A DNA stretch of 60,253 nucleotides, the filler included, from Sphacelaria rigidula (taxonomy: Eukaryota): NCBI GenBank assembly GCA_964200075.2. It is 4 parts of 4 records of this genome, joined end to end, with 100 filler letters (N's around TTAATTAATTAA, not from the genome) between each part and the next. Parts side by side here need not be neighbours in the genome. Positions count along the whole stretch, not along the records: positions 30,179 to 45,166 come from CAXNAA020001962.1; positions 45,267 to 60,253 come from CAXNAA020001963.1; 2 more parts are not named here. The stretch is one strand, 5' to 3'. The notes below the pieces were generated by a model. It saw only the letters and a list, made by a program, of their open reading frames with translations, did not search any database and had not been told where the DNA came from. The position numbers and the translations under genes were made by a program. Positions 37,889 through 51,269 of this stretch are shown here, in pieces; the first letter of the stretch is position 1, and the number at the start of each line of letters is the position of its first letter.

Positions 37889-38906
37889 ATTTGGGGGATG
37901 TGACTGATCGTCATGGGTGAAAAAAACAGCGTTTTTTACTCTAGCACAAAAAACAGATGTAAATTCCAATAAACAAGTATTCACACTCGTTTTCGAGGAC
38001 GATCAGAACCTAGGGCTGGTAGTCGCAGGACCCCCGAAAGCCGATCAACCTGTAAGTTGTTCAATATCGAGTGCAGGGATGACTTTTTTCCGGAACGTGG
38101 AGCGGATGCCTAGCATCTCCCGATGCCCGAACTTTGGGATCAAACGTTCACTGGGGTGAGCGATGGCACACGAAAACACTTCAAGCAATGAAAATCGACG
38201 ACCAGGAATAAATCACAAAAATCATTAATTTCAGCTATAAGTTATCATGTGGTGGTGAACTGACGCCAATCTCTCCAATGAGTCGGAATCAGCGAACGGA
38301 GACACACGAAGGAGCTGGGCAAGTAGGAGCTTCCCCTTCACAATTGCTTCTCCGGTAGCACCGTCATTGACACGTGTGTACACCGTTGCACCTAGCCACA
38401 CCCTGCTCAGCTTCAAACATGCACAAACTATCCAAAATTGCTTTTGCTATGCAAATTATTTGGACAAAAATGTCCCAAATCCAAAGCCAGGTTGAACCCC
38501 ATTTTCGAGGAAACCTTCATTCTAGAGTTCATTTCCTGAGCTCGGGGGAGCGATTCGATGAGAATGCGAAAGACAAAGTAAATGGATGCCATGCGTGGGC
38601 TGTTGTGCTCATCATGGGGCCTGAACACACACCAGAGGCGTACAGTTATTTGTTGGGCGTGTGACGCACTCGTCTGTCCGCGTGTTGTTATGTCACACCC
38701 TCTTTCATTTTTCTTCGTCTGCGATAGGAATGGCGGGCGATCTCTCGTGAGTATGACGTTGTGAACAGTCACATTCATTCTCAGAATTACTTCCCCCCTT
38801 CATTTTTCTCGTCTCGATTAGGCCCTACCATATCGCCCTCTCAAGACTACATCCGCGAGGGTGATCCATGATCCCATCGGTGGGATATTTTTCGGGTACA
38901 ATACTG

Positions 38907-39275
38907 CCGGTCGCCCCGGTGGCTCAGTTGGTAACCTCGAACCTTCTGATGGTTGAGTGGGGGGGGGGGTTGATTCCCGGAGCGATCTGGAATCTTTTCT
39001 CACCATGCCCAACAGTGGAGAGCAACCATGTCGTGGGTACACAATATTCGACTTAACGGGTGACGAGGGAAAGGGACTGCTGAACCCCTCTCGCGAAAAA
39101 CAAAATGGCAAGCACCGCAGAAGGAGGGTAAAGTACTAAAAACAGATAAATGAATAAAAACTCCGGTGATGACCCTCCTCCTGTGTGACCCCGGCTGGTG
39201 CGCCCACATATACCGAAAGGCGCAGACCGGCGTCCAGAATATATGGGACGGCAACACACACAATACAACACAAAT
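38907..39275 (+). mobile_element. tRNA-derived SINE, family A (full length)
   Basis: A box GGTGGCTCAGTTGG, decayed B box, CA-rich tail; homologs at 22477, 47030 and 47905. Confidence 0.82.
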
Positions 39276-39309
39276 GAACTAAATCGCACCCTTCTTCGAC
39301 ATGCAGCAT

Positions 39310-39868
39310 CTACCCCTCCTTTCTTTTCTTCTTCTTGCGCTTCTTCTCTCCTTCTCCTTTTCCCGCTTGCTGTGCCCTCGCATTCCCGTCATCCTCGGCC
39401 GCCTTCGCTTCCTTTTTTCGCGCCTTCTTGGCCTGCTTCGCCTTTTTTGCATCTGCCTTCTCCTGCTTCCTGTCCGACTTCCTGTCATTGGCAACATCCT
39501 GGTCCACCACATCTTTCCGTTTTCGTTTTCGTTTTTTCCCAGTCTCAACGGCAACGCCTTCCTCTTTTTGTTCTCCGACAGCGTCCTCGATTTTCTCCGC
39601 CTTCACCTTCACCTTCAACTTTGCGCTAACTTGCTCCATCTCTGCAGTGGTGTTCGCTCGTGCCTCAACGGCCACATTTTCGCCCCCCTCGTCCAACTGT
39701 ACGGGTGTTTCGTCGACCCCGGCTTCTCCATCAGTACCACCTTCGGTTCGCGCGAGCTTTCCGTTTTGCGATGCCCTTGCTCGCATGCCCATGCGTGATC
39801 CACCAGTGGCTTTGAACATCTTCGTGTACATGCAGTCCGCATTTTGCCCTTCCTTATTTTCGTCCCCC
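39310..39868 (-). CDS. G-patch domain protein (GPATCH4/PINX1-like), exon 2
   Basis: Acceptor caacAG in phase with exon 1 (AA|G = Lys); KMFKATGGSRMGMRARASQNGKLAR motif; K/E-rich tail; TAG stop. Confidence 0.85.
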
Positions 39869-40094
39869 CTGTTGCCAAACAATTTTCAAGGAGCACGGGT
39901 TGCAGAGTGAGTTTGAAAGGACTACGGAAAAGCAAGGTATCGAGGGCCGGTATTCGGCGCTAATATGCTGGACAGGACACGCGGGGACTGGAAAAACTTG
40001 AGTCACGCACTAGTATTTACGTCCCTCGCATCTGCCGAATGCACCACTCTGTATCCGATTACGAACTATTGACCAATCAATCCAAGAGTAAGGG

Positions 40095-40385
40095 CGTTTT
40101 CGTGAGATTGAGAGCAGAGCGCTGATTGAGAGTGGCTTTGGTCATTCGCTTAAACTGAGCCATTTTTTCATTCCGTGTGTGCTTTTCTTTGCTTCCCTCA
40201 CTGGCGTGTGCTTAAAGCGAAACGTCGATATCCTACTCAGGGATGTCAAGGGCATCAGTGGCAAGCTACTACGGAACGCATGTCGGGTCTCGTGGAGGGG
40301 CGTTTCGGAAGTGAAATGCTTCATTCATTCTTTGACCGCTTTTCACCCTCAATCGTATCATTTACTCTCAATATCACGAAAAGAT
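40095..40385. mobile_element. MITE (GTTTTCGTGAGATTGAGAG family) in the G-patch gene intron
   Basis: TIRs and body match 11693-11980 in reverse orientation. Confidence 0.85.
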
Positions 40386-40610
40386 TGTCGTCTGTCACGT
40401 GTTGAGCTTGTCACTATACGCGATACGATATGGAGGCGTTTTCACCACGGCATGACCCCACCGTCATGGGAGGCAACGAAAAAATAATCATCTACCGCGT
40501 GCCTGGGTTTCGCTGGGGCACCTGCCGCTGAACTACTCCCGTCTTTGTTGTAAAGCAAGCACTTGCCGAGGAGAAACGAACGGGTACACACTGTCTGCAA
40601 AACTACTCAC

Positions 40611-40900
40611 TTCTCATTATCCTTTTGACCCTTCCTTTTCTTGGACTTTTTCTTCTTGCCCCCCATCTTTTGAAGGGCGGAGTCGAAAGCGTTGAAGTAC
40701 CACTGGTCGTTGACAGTGTTTTGCTGGGCACGCTCCTTGCCCAGACCGGCATTGTCGTCTTTCTTCTTCACCTGCACGTACGTCGATCGGCCTTGCATGT
40801 CCTTTCCCAAACCTTGGCCCTCTGCCCAACCCATTTTCGCCATCATGCCCTTGGCAAAATTCGTGTATCTGAAACAGTCAGAGTTGTGGAACGACGACAT
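40611..40900 (-). CDS. G-patch domain protein (GPATCH4/PINX1-like), exon 1
   Basis: FAKGMMAKMGWAEGQGLGKDMQG..VQVKKKDDNAGLG G-patch; donor GTGAGT at 40610; spliced CDS 849 nt = 282 aa. Confidence 0.92.
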
Positions 40901-43722
40901 TGTTCGGTGGTGAATCGATTAGACACGGTCGCTGGAACGGGCGGTGAAAGTGTTCGATTTTTTGCCTGACAGGAAGGCTGTGTAGTACAGTGAGCTAGAG
41001 AAAGTACAGGCTTCAGGTTGGTGTGTGCTGCTACGTTTTTGGCAGCGTTACGTTCTTCGGTGATCTTAGCTACGGGGAAATTCTAACTCTACGCGAAGGG
41101 AAGCACCTGCTGCAGATCTGATGTCATGGAGTGGTTTGCGCGGTGCAACTGTCCAGAAGTTAGACGGCATGAACTATGATGCGTTCATAGTCGATTTTTG
41201 CGCAGATCAAGGCTTATCAACCTTACGGTTGATGACCAGAGTCACGTGGGCCACAGAGGTAAATCGTAATGACAAAGATATGTGCTTCTTTTGGACTATG
41301 TGTGGCGGTTGAGGACGCGGGTGAGCGTGGCGAGAGGGGCGGTCCTAGGGGCACTAACCCTCTGCTTGGAGCACGTCGACGTTCTGGATACGGAACAGAA
41401 AGTAACCCGAAATGACGGCGCATTCCCCCACGAGAAACAGCCCCGGAAGGATACGACCTCTTACTCATACAATACATCATACGATTCGCACAAGACTCAT
41501 GATTTCCCGCGGTATGACTTCGAACGTACACTTTTCCCACCTGTGATTAATAAAGCACGACTCTTCCACACATTCCTCCCACCCGTCGTTGGAACGTCAT
41601 GAACCAAGTGTACATTTTTCCCACCTGTGATCCATACAGCATCAATCATACGCCCATTTCCCCCGCTTGTGGCTCATACGGCATGAATTGAGCACGTATT
41701 TATTCCAGCTAGAGTCGATGCGGCATGAAATAAACGAACGTAATTCCCACTGATTGCTTTGTACAAGATGAACCAACTGACGGTGTTCTCACCAGCGATT
41801 CGTGGAGCATGAACTTTAACATACGTGTTCTGCACTCGTTATTCGTGCGGGAGGAATTAAACCGGTATTTTGTCCGCCAGCCAGTGGTCCATGCAGCGCT
41901 CGACGCAAGGGACAGGAGGGCGGGGGAGTCCAGTGATTCAGTATTGACCACTGCATCGATTGACGATTGGTAGGACAGAGAGTAGTTCACCTGTCCTTTT
42001 GCGGTGAAGGCACGAATGGGATTGGACGAGGATGTGGGAATTCAATTTTGGACGAGGATGTGGGAATTCAATTTTCCGCATGAACTCTGAATCACTACAG
42101 TTGGCAAGCAATTCAACTTTTTATTTTTTCAAAAGTGTATGCTTGTTTGTGGATTGGTTGTTCAAGGCCTGAGGTGGTATGAGTCTGTAAAGAAAGTCGG
42201 CATCTCAAAGAATGAGTTAAAGGAAGCCAGTATTCTCGCGCGTGGAGTAGCTGTTTCTTTTGTACAAATCAAACCTTATTATTCGTACACAAACGGGGAT
42301 TCGTTCTCATCTGCCAACCGCGATTCATATGGCACGAATCGAACGTACATTTCGTCATGCGGGCGATGCTCATAAACTTGGTATCATCAGCGTGCTATCG
42401 CCGATGGTTTAGCGGGGTCACACATATTTCAACGGAACACCTTGGCTGATGTCTAACGGCATGTGAACAATGTAGCTCGACAACCAAGTTTGACTTGACT
42501 TTAGTTCAAACTGTGCCCAGACATCGACATTCTGGCTATCTAGATGCTGACATCAAATGGCTAAATCCGTTACGCTACGTACGGAACAAAAAAAGATGCA
42601 CACGTGATCTATGGATCATGAACAGTCAATGACGAAAGGTGTGGCAAGATAATATCCATGCCGCAAATGAAACAAATGCGACAGAAGTTACACATCCTGA
42701 CAGATACCCGGACGACAAAGCGTACTGGACTTGGATACATCATCCTTGTCCAACACAGACTGTACAGTGTTGTTCTGACTTTCAAACACGAATAGAAGGC
42801 TGATCGGCAGAATGACATTTGCTCCATGTACCCTAACACGGTGCTGCCTTCCGTGTATCGCACAGTATAAACAGTACACCGTGTAGTACGGGGCCCAGCG
42901 TGCTTTGACTCGTCAGCAATGACAGCCATGTGCGGCGAAATGGCAGTGCCTATAATGCTGTTTTGAGTGAGCATTACAACTGCAGCTTCTATGCTCAGAC
43001 ACCCCGCACTCTTGCACGGTTCGGGCGAATCATCGCCGGTTCGAATCACCAAATCCACTAAGCATCATTGCTTGGAAGAGAGAGAAAAGTCGACCGCTGG
43101 TAAAGAAGGTCTCCACGAATTTTTTGCGCGCCATTCCACGTGCCTGGGCTGCGGGTACCTGGGTTGCAACGCTGAAAACAAAGCTCAAGGATTGATTCGT
43201 ACGGTACGAACCAACTACACTAAAATCAAGTGATTTCCAGACAAAGAATTAATTCGTCCGACCCTTGCACTCTTCCCCCGCGCGGAGTTGGCGATATTTC
43301 TATCGAGACGGCCGTTGCTGAGACAGCTCGACTTGATTTTGATCGCCAAGACACTTGTCTACCAGTGCACCAAGTCCCAAAGTGACACATAGTCGCCGCA
43401 CGTAAAGAAAGCAAGAAAGGGCGACACAAGTAGGAGCAAAAACCACGCTTGACCATGGACAACGGATGGTACAGATGTCCTACGCATGTGTGTAGTGACA
43501 GTACGAGTGAGACACCACAGCATGAGTTTCAAGCACATGCGTATTACATGCCAAACTGAACGAATGCATTTATTTTTTAATAGTTGTATCTGCCCGCCAG
43601 CTTTTGATAAATATCCATCGTCGATGTATTCGCTGTGGTGGGTAGACGGGGTTCTTGGATGAGGTATATATGGAGTTTTTCAATAGGTTCACACGAGCGT
43701 CGTTTCAATTATATAATTCACA

Positions 43723-44795
43723 TAGGGCTGTGAACTGGCAGCTCTGGCCAGTTAAGCTCAAGATGACTGCGCCAGCGGCCAGTTTATGTTATTTTATTTG
43801 TTTATTTGTCGCACTTTGAACCCCTCCCCTTCCTCGAGACGAGTCCGTGGTCTCAAGGGACCAACCCGTCTCTCCCCCGGTACACGCCTTGCATTTTTGT
43901 CTCGCGAATTGGGTCAGCACTTCGCACCGCATCATCTCACGTCAAACATACTCAGCCGACTACTTTGTTTACCCACGTTCACAAGCCTTCTACGGTGGAA
44001 ATCAGGCAATACGAAGAAAAAACCGCAACGCATCGGGAGAATCCGTTCTCTCTACCCTAATGGCGACAGTCGGACAAACACCACCGGGGCGCGGCCCAGC
44101 ACACCGATGTTTTTCCAGCTAATCAGCTTTGCCGACTGACCGTAACTCTTCATCGTGCAATTGGCAATTAGCAATTGTGGTTCGGCGTTTGGCAGTTACG
44201 CATCAAGCGTGCCGCCGTATATAAGTCACAACTCCTTTTTCTGTCTTCATTTTCCTCATCCGACGGACCAGCCGTCGACCTACACGCTACGGCCGAAAAA
44301 ACGGGAAAATGCAGAACTACGAGGTGCCAACGAAGCAGCCCGGGCAAAAAAAGGCAGAAAACACCTGAAGTAGTCAGCTAGTGACTGGCCCAGGGCAAAC
44401 CCGTTCTTCATGTGCTACGGTACTAGCACAGAACGCCAGACCTAAGCTGTACAACTCGACCGAAAACATCGAGACGAAGCATGGAGCTGTGCACCGCTGC
44501 TTCACGCGTCATTGATGTAACCAATTTCCGACGACGCCTTCGAAGTGCCCTCCATCTCAATTGATGCCCATATTCCTCTACAACTGTAAAGTGCGGGCCT
44601 GAATTAGACAGTCGAACTGCATATGATGGTTTAAGAATTTTTGTTACAAACTCACTATACTAGAATTGTTATAAAAATAGCCGGTAACGACAAACTTCAA
44701 ATAAACTGGATAAACTGGCGCCCTCGTCGCCAGTTCCAGTTTAACTCCAGTTCCAGTTTCATCGACGGTATAAACTGGTCCAGTTCACAGCCCTA
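43723..44795. mobile_element. hAT-like non-autonomous element
   Basis: TIR TAGGGCTGTGAACTGG / CCAGTTCACAGCCCTA; 8-bp TSD aattcaca/gattcaca; AACTGG subterminal repeats. Confidence 0.88.
43810..44092 (-). mobile_element. Putative SINE, family B (nested in the hAT element)
   Basis: Reverse-complement homolog of 46005-46325. Confidence 0.6.
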
Positions 44796-46004
44796 GATTC
44801 ACAAGTATATAGTCTCATGTCCTCTGATTCCACGGTATCTTATAGTTGTGGGATGGTGATATTGAACGTGACACTCAATCAGTCCCAACGCGGGATAATT
44901 CGTGCGCGATATATACCCAGCGACTCTTCGGCACATAATTCTCACACGACATTCGTGAGAAAACAACCAATACGAACCATAAGTGGTCTTACGCGGCGAA
45001 CCGCCCTCTACGTCTGTGAGTGTTGGTGCTTGTTGAGGACGCAAGCCCACCTCACACGTGACGAGACTACAGTACAGTACTGTAGGAGTACAATCTGTAC
45101 AGACAGCTCTAGCACCTTATAGTAGTCAGCGTCAGAAATTTTCAGAATTCGTTGTCGTCCTTTTTTNNNNNNNNNNNNNNNNNNNNNNNNNNNNNNNNNN
45201 NNNNNNNNNNTTAATTAATTAANNNNNNNNNNNNNNNNNNNNNNNNNNNNNNNNNNNNNNNNNNNNTGATTGACCGCTTTTCACTCTCAATCGTATCATC
45301 TACTCTCAATCTCACGAAAACACTGTTTAATATAGATGGGCGTTTGTACGGCTCGCCAGGACATACAATCAATCAATGGAGATATACCAACGCATGGTCA
45401 TATTTTTCAACTCTCGTACCTTTAATTTGGGTGTACAAGTATCGAAAGTGTCCCTGCCGGGAGGTGTGAAAAAAAGAGAGGAACGGAGTGTCGAATTTCT
45501 GAATCTAAGGAGGCGTCTTGCATTGAATCGTGCCTTTGACATCACAGCGCGGTTCACTCGACTCGGTGTACAAGAATCTAGTATATATGAGCTCAACTTT
45601 TCGTGTGCGTTAAGAAACGCGGTGCCTGGGAAATAGGGACTATTCGCTGCGAAAGGGTACGAATTAGCTCAATAAGAAGTCGCATCCCAAAGCTTCTAAC
45701 CCAGATTGGAAACTGAAATTCTGGCCGGTCACAGGCTTTGATGAGAAAAACCAACCCCCCCCTCCGCTGCTCCACGGGTCTGAGAAGACAAATTTGTCGC
45801 GAGTCTGGGAAACACTAGGCACACAATAATAGTAATCTTATGAACACGAAAGAACGTTTTGGCTGTGGGCGCACACCAGCAGTACATGCAGGGAGTTGCA
45901 GCATTATGACCGTCTCCAAGCCAGCGCCACCAGTAAACTTGGTGAAACTGGAAACGCAGTGTGCAGGACCGCACGGGCACCCAGCCCGAACGCCTGCAAT
46001 ATTC

Positions 46005-46325
46005 CGCGCCACAGTGGTCTACAATGGTCCGATCGTCACCAGTAGGAGCGGTGGAGAGAAGATGGGTTTCGATTTCTGCCGGATGCGTTGGGTTTTTCAT
46101 CGAAGTATCTGATTTCCACCGTCGAAATCAGGTATACGTGAGCAGATGAAAATTACTCCACCAAGTAAGTTCGACGAGATGATGTGTTGATGCGGTGGGG
46201 AAGTGCTGAGCCTGTCCGCGAGATGAAAACGCATGGCATGTCCTGCAGGGGGCGAGATATGATGGGTTGGCCCCTCGATACATTACCACAACGGACGCGT
46301 CCCGAGGAAAGGAGGGATTCAAACA
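46005..46325 (+). mobile_element. Putative tRNA-derived SINE, family B
   Basis: A-box-like GTGGTCTACAATGG and B-box-like GTTTCGATTTC; second copy at 43810. Confidence 0.6.
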
Positions 46326-46565
46326 ACATTTTCGTGAGGCTGAGAGAGCGCCGATTGAGAGAAGCTTTGATCACTCGCTTAAACTTCGCCGATGTTTTAT
46401 TCAGTGTCTATTTTCCTTTACTATCAGGGATCTCAGTGGCAAGCTAAAACAGAAAGCACATCGGGCCTCGTGAAGGGGCAGCTCGGAACTGAAACGATTC
46501 ATTCGCTAATTGACAACTTTTACTCTCATTCGCATCCTTTACTCTCAATCTCATGAAACAATGTT
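46325..46565. mobile_element. MITE (GTTTTCGTGAGATTGAGAG family)
   Basis: TIRs and body match 40095-40385. Confidence 0.82.
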
Positions 46566-46987
46566 AAATGTCGGACATGAATCCAGGAAGCGTAGAGTTG
46601 TTCAACTATTATAATACAAAGGGCACAAAGTCACAGTTTTTTCAAGATGCCCTTTACACCCGTTACTATCGAGGCTACGGTGTGGAAGATGCAGAAAAAA
46701 ATCTTCTAGAACAAAGTTACCAAGTTTCCCCCCCAAAGCTTCATTTTTGGTGAATACGTCAGGGGTATGTCAGAAATATATTTCGGGACACGTGGACCCC
46801 GAGATTTGATTCGAGTACTTGAGGGGGGGGGGGGGGGGGGGCGCGCCCCGCGGGCTGGGGGGGGGGGGTCTCACGTGTCTGTTGAGCGTGTCGCCAGGGA
46901 AGCGNNNNNNNNNNTTTTTTTTTAGTAAGAGTGGGGGAGGGGAGTGGTTGGTGGGGGGGGGGGGGGGGGGGGGGTGGGTTGGGGGGT

Positions 46988-47021
<34 letters not shown>

Positions 47022-47029
47022 CCCGCCTG

Positions 47030-47220
47030 CTGTGGTGTGTGGTATTTTCGTGCCGTCTACTTTGGACGCCAGTCTACCCCTTTCGGTACATGTGGGCGCA
47101 CCAGCCGGGTCACACAGGAGGAAGGTAGACCAACGCAGGGGTTTTGGTTTATCTTCGTTCTCGTTTTTTTTTTTGCTCCACCTTCCTGTCTGCGCTCGTT
47201 TTTTTATTTTCGCGATAAAC
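47030..47220 (-). mobile_element. SINE family A, 3' part
   Basis: gtgggcgcaccagccgggtcacacaggagga is the reverse complement of the 39175-39210 region. Confidence 0.78.
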
Positions 47221-47239
47221 AGCGTTTTCGTGAGATTGA

Positions 47240-47605
47240 GGCCGGATGTTATGTGAGAAATAGATTTGTGGCCCTCGGATTGTTCACTACTTGGATGTTG
47301 GGCCCCCATTTTGACCCCCAAAACAAAACTGCGAACGAATACACGTCTCGGACGCTTTGCTTACCGCGCCAGTTTGCCCAAACTGGCGGGGGTCGGCAAG
47401 CACAGATATTTGCCAGCGAAATCTTTTTCCGCGGCTGGTCTCCAAACGTCGGAGCCAAGGGAATCCGAAAAGCAGACTAAGCTTTCCTCTGTAGGGTGAT
47501 GCAGGGTGTTTCTTGGTTTGAGGATAAAAACGTGGCTCAACCGTCCCAGAAGTGAATAAATTGTGGGCCAAAACTCTGTTCGACATAACATCCGGACATC
47601 CGGCC
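47240..47605. mobile_element. PIF/Harbinger-like foldback MITE
   Basis: GGCCGGATGTTA...ACATCCGGCC; 3-bp flanks tga/gga; splits the TIR of another MITE; homolog at 57446-57926. Confidence 0.8.
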
Positions 47606-47904
47606 GGAGAGTAAAAGATATGATTGAGAGTGAAAAGCGGTCAACTACTATATGAGCATCATCAATTCCGTATCACCTATTCATGAGGACCAATCGTATC
47701 CTTTCTGCAGCACGGGTGGCCACAAGGGTCTGTAACCTGGCCATTCTGAGTTCATCCATATTTGGTAAAGGCTGCGGATGAGGTGGACAACTGAAGAGCA
47801 TTCGCACAGCGTGGACAGGTTAGACACACAATACGTTCCAGTCTACACAATCACCCGTCTACAGACCCCAGTGGCCGCCCGTGAGGGTTTTGCCACGGTT
47901 CGTG

Positions 47905-48212
47905 ATGTGCATTATCGTCCCGTTTATTCTGGACACCAGTCCACCTCTTTCGGTATGTGTGGGCGCATGTTCGTCTTTCTGTTTATTCGGTACCCCCGCC
48001 TTCCTTTTGCGATGCTTTTCTTCCTTTATTGCAAGAGCATACCCATTTCCTAGTCGACTGTTGAGTTGAATGTTATGTATCCACGAAGTCGCTCTCCAAT
48101 GTTGAGCGCATGGTTCAAGAAGGATTTTAGATCGCTCCGGGCATTGAACCCCACTGCTCAACCGGCCGAAGGTAACGAGGTGACCAACTGAGCCGCCGGG
48201 GCGACCGGCTCG
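47905..48212 (-). mobile_element. tRNA-derived SINE, family A
   Basis: Reverse complement gccggtcgccccggcggctcagttggtcacc..ggttcaatgcccgg. Confidence 0.82.
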
Positions 48213-49249
48213 TCCACTACAGCCCTTGATATCTCCGAGTAGATATCGACATGTAGCTGTATGGGCGCACACGTCGTTGTTACGGAACCAGCCCGCTGGT
48301 GAGAAACTGACAAAATCAGCCAGAGGCTGGGTTTCTCCTGTTCATGGAAGCATGAGCATGCATCTTGGAAACCTCTTCTTTTCCTGGGGAAATGTGCGTG
48401 ATTTTTCAAAGGACGCAACGTTCATGGGCAAGGCGCTTGCTGCTTGGCTCTCGCCTCACGCGGGAATAGCTGCGGAGCTGCGCGCGTCGAGCAGGAGTTT
48501 CACCAGACACTCAGCCCTCTTGTGGGACTGTCAAGAGCGTGTCACCCCCAATGTCCCGTCATGATTTCTCCTCCACATTGGTCATCAAAAACACAATTGA
48601 TTTGTATCTGAGGACCGATGACACTGCGGAACAGTGTGCAGTAGTACAGAATAGTGGGAGAATACGCTGTACTGCGTACCCCACCTATCTAGGGGCACGG
48701 TGGGTCGCCGGAAAAAGTGTTACTCTTTCTCAAGTTGCGGCAAATGCCGAAGCTGGACCTTTTCCTCAGGTTGTATATTAGAAGCTGATTTTCTCACGAC
48801 ACGTTTGTCACCAACGGACCGATACTGTACAGGCAACGAAATCATGTTGCAATTTTAATTGGTCACCTACACAATCGATGGTCTTTATTAAATTATGGGT
48901 GTAACAGCGTTACGCTCATGTTGCATACACGGCCTAATTCAACGACTCTCGAACTGATATTTCAACAAGACCTCGTCCACCCACGGAAGTGAAACATCAC
49001 GTTCGCAGCTGCAGATCCTCAGTTCTCCATAAACTTGGTCCGGAAGTTATGGCACACAAATTGTTGGCTCACGTAGTGTTAACTTTTGGCTTTTGACCCA
49101 ATTCTCGACCCTTCAACGGGGAAAATCGCCAAGACACGTCTTGGACACTTTGCATCACCCCACAGAAAGGAGCCTAGCCCAATTTTCAGATTCGCTTGAC
49201 CCCCAGCTCGACATTTACCTTGGCACCCGATTCCAACGAATTACGCTGA

Positions 49250-50620
49250 AAAAACACACGTGTATCTGTTATACAGCCGCCGGAGAAGTTTTCGACCAAC
49301 AGTGTGCGAGACTCCGCAGTTATGCTTCGAATCTGCGAATCACGGCCGAGTTGCTTCACGTTGCGTGCTCAGAACACGCCGACGCGACTTCAAGTTCGCA
49401 CCAAGTACGTCAGCGATGAGTGGAGCAAGGTTCCTGCAGTCCACGATATATCGCTCCTGCTCAGGGTCGCCAACCACGACATCCGATGGAGAAGCCCAGC
49501 GTTCCGGGTTCCACCTTTCGAAGGTCTGCCAGCTGTTGCTCTCCCCCTGTCGGCCCCGATGGGTAGGTCGTGACGGGTGTGGAGGACTCATCGGAGAGAT
49601 CTTTGCGTTGGTGTCGGCTGCAGCGGTAGTGATTGTGACAGCGCCCATCGACGACGTGATGCACGCCATGGTCCAACGATATCCGTGTTCGTTTGCCTGA
49701 TCGTGTACCAAGGTAGCTCGAAGATTCCACTTCAAAAGCCGCGAACACGTCGAGGGTCGGGGGTCGATGGGCGTTGGAATCAAGGGACTGTGGTTTAGGA
49801 TGATTTTCCATGAGTGTTGTGGCAATGCTCGTCACAAGAATTCCGCACATCGAGGGGAGAGTGCCGTACGTGATATAAGCCAGTACTTCGGTGGTTGCGC
49901 ATTTTATATCGAAGGGGACGGGGTCCATTTGAATGCTCGTTGGAGCGATCTCATGCTCCAACTCACCCGTCGGATACTTCATGACGTCGACTTTGATAAT
50001 CACTCCTCACTGGCGGCTTTGTTGCGAAGAACGATCTCTCGTTCCTCTCTCGTCCCTCTTTCTCGACTTGTCGTTGGTCGCCGCGGAATCACCTTACCGG
50101 AGGGACTATTCCTGGGACAAATTTTCCAAAAGTGGGATTTTGTACACCTGTAACCGCAATTCATGTCTCATTGACACGGACCCATGGCCAAGGCTCGGAA
50201 CACTCGAACAACAGATGACATCTACTGCAGTGGTAAAGTACTCAATGGTTATTCTGTCGTCGGAAATGTTTTTCTGTAAACGCTCCCCACACAGCATGTC
50301 CGAACAGCACTCCATTTCGAGCCTACATTAAAAACTATGGCGAATTTCATTATGGCAAGGACGGTCGGAAAGACCGTGTGCCGATGCATATTCGTTACAA
50401 TAGGATCTGGATTCCCTTCAGCGATGTTCATTACCCGTCGCCGTGAATCTGAATCGCCACCATCTCGTGCACAGCTGTTCACAATGCGATCTGACTCACA
50501 CCATTGGTGTCTGCTGCCCGACGTAATGAGAGCTGAAGGGCATCGATCGCCAGGTTTTCCATGATCTTTTTCTGTACATTCGTATACTCCTCTACAGGAG
50601 ATACGGACAGTCGTCACTTG
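49250..50620 (-). pseudogene. Heavily decayed Ty3/Gypsy-like reverse transcriptase
   Basis: RDGG-/FRFTA (like KDGGxRFxVD) and IIKVDVMKY..EHE..KC..EVL (like the YVDD..EH..KC..EV region). Confidence 0.5.
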
Positions 50621-50706
50621 TGGTGGGTCTGTGTTGTACGGGCATTGTTGAATCGGTCAAGAGAGAAGGGAAGACAAGACGGGGAATGATGGGTGCAGAT
50701 TTTACA

Positions 50707-51267
50707 TGGCCACCGTGATGAGGTTCACAGTAACGAATACCCAAGACATCGTCATGGATGACCACCACAGCTGTTCGGAGAAGGGCGGGAGATGTACCGA
50801 CGTGTGTACTGCCTGATTAGACTACACATTACTTCCTGGAGGTCCTTGGTCGGCACTCGGAGAACTTTATAAGAGGCACGGTAAACAACTGCTCAGCTTG
50901 GCGTGATTTGGTCCACGCCATCATCCACGAACTAGCCCCCTCTTTTACAACTCGAGACCATTCGGACACATGTTGGGAAACATGCGTCGACGATGTTGCT
51001 CAACATGTGTCCGAATGGTCTCGAGTTGTAGAGGAGGGGGCTAGTTCGTATACAACGGCTCGGTCTCAAGCCCGCGAAGATGAGCAGTTTGTTGGCTGTA
51101 CTGCGGCCCCCCAGTGCCGACCGAGGACCCTCAAAAAAGAAACCATACTCCATTCGGGTAGTACACTCTCGGTACATCTACCGCTTTTCTCCGAACAGCT
51201 GTGGTAGCCGTCCGTGACGGCGTGTGGTGATTTTGTTATCGAGTTGAACCTCAACTTGGTGGCCATC
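50707..51267. repeat. About 560-bp imperfect palindrome centred near 50988
   Basis: tacaactcgagaccattcggacacatgttg / caacatgtgtccgaatggtctcgagttgta; arms alignable for about 280 bp. Confidence 0.88.
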
Positions 51268-51269
51268 TC

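Noticed and set aside
39198..39910. Several long plus-strand ORFs
   Set aside because: Antisense shadows of the K/E/A-rich G-patch exon 2
39310..40900. Functional link between a PINX1-like gene and nearby telomeric repeats
   Set aside because: Orthology to PINX1 is not established (the motif is GPATCH4-like) and the repeats belong to dispersed elements
42022..42075. 28-bp tandem duplication ttggacgaggatgtgggaattcaatttt
   Set aside because: Two-copy local slippage with no further structure
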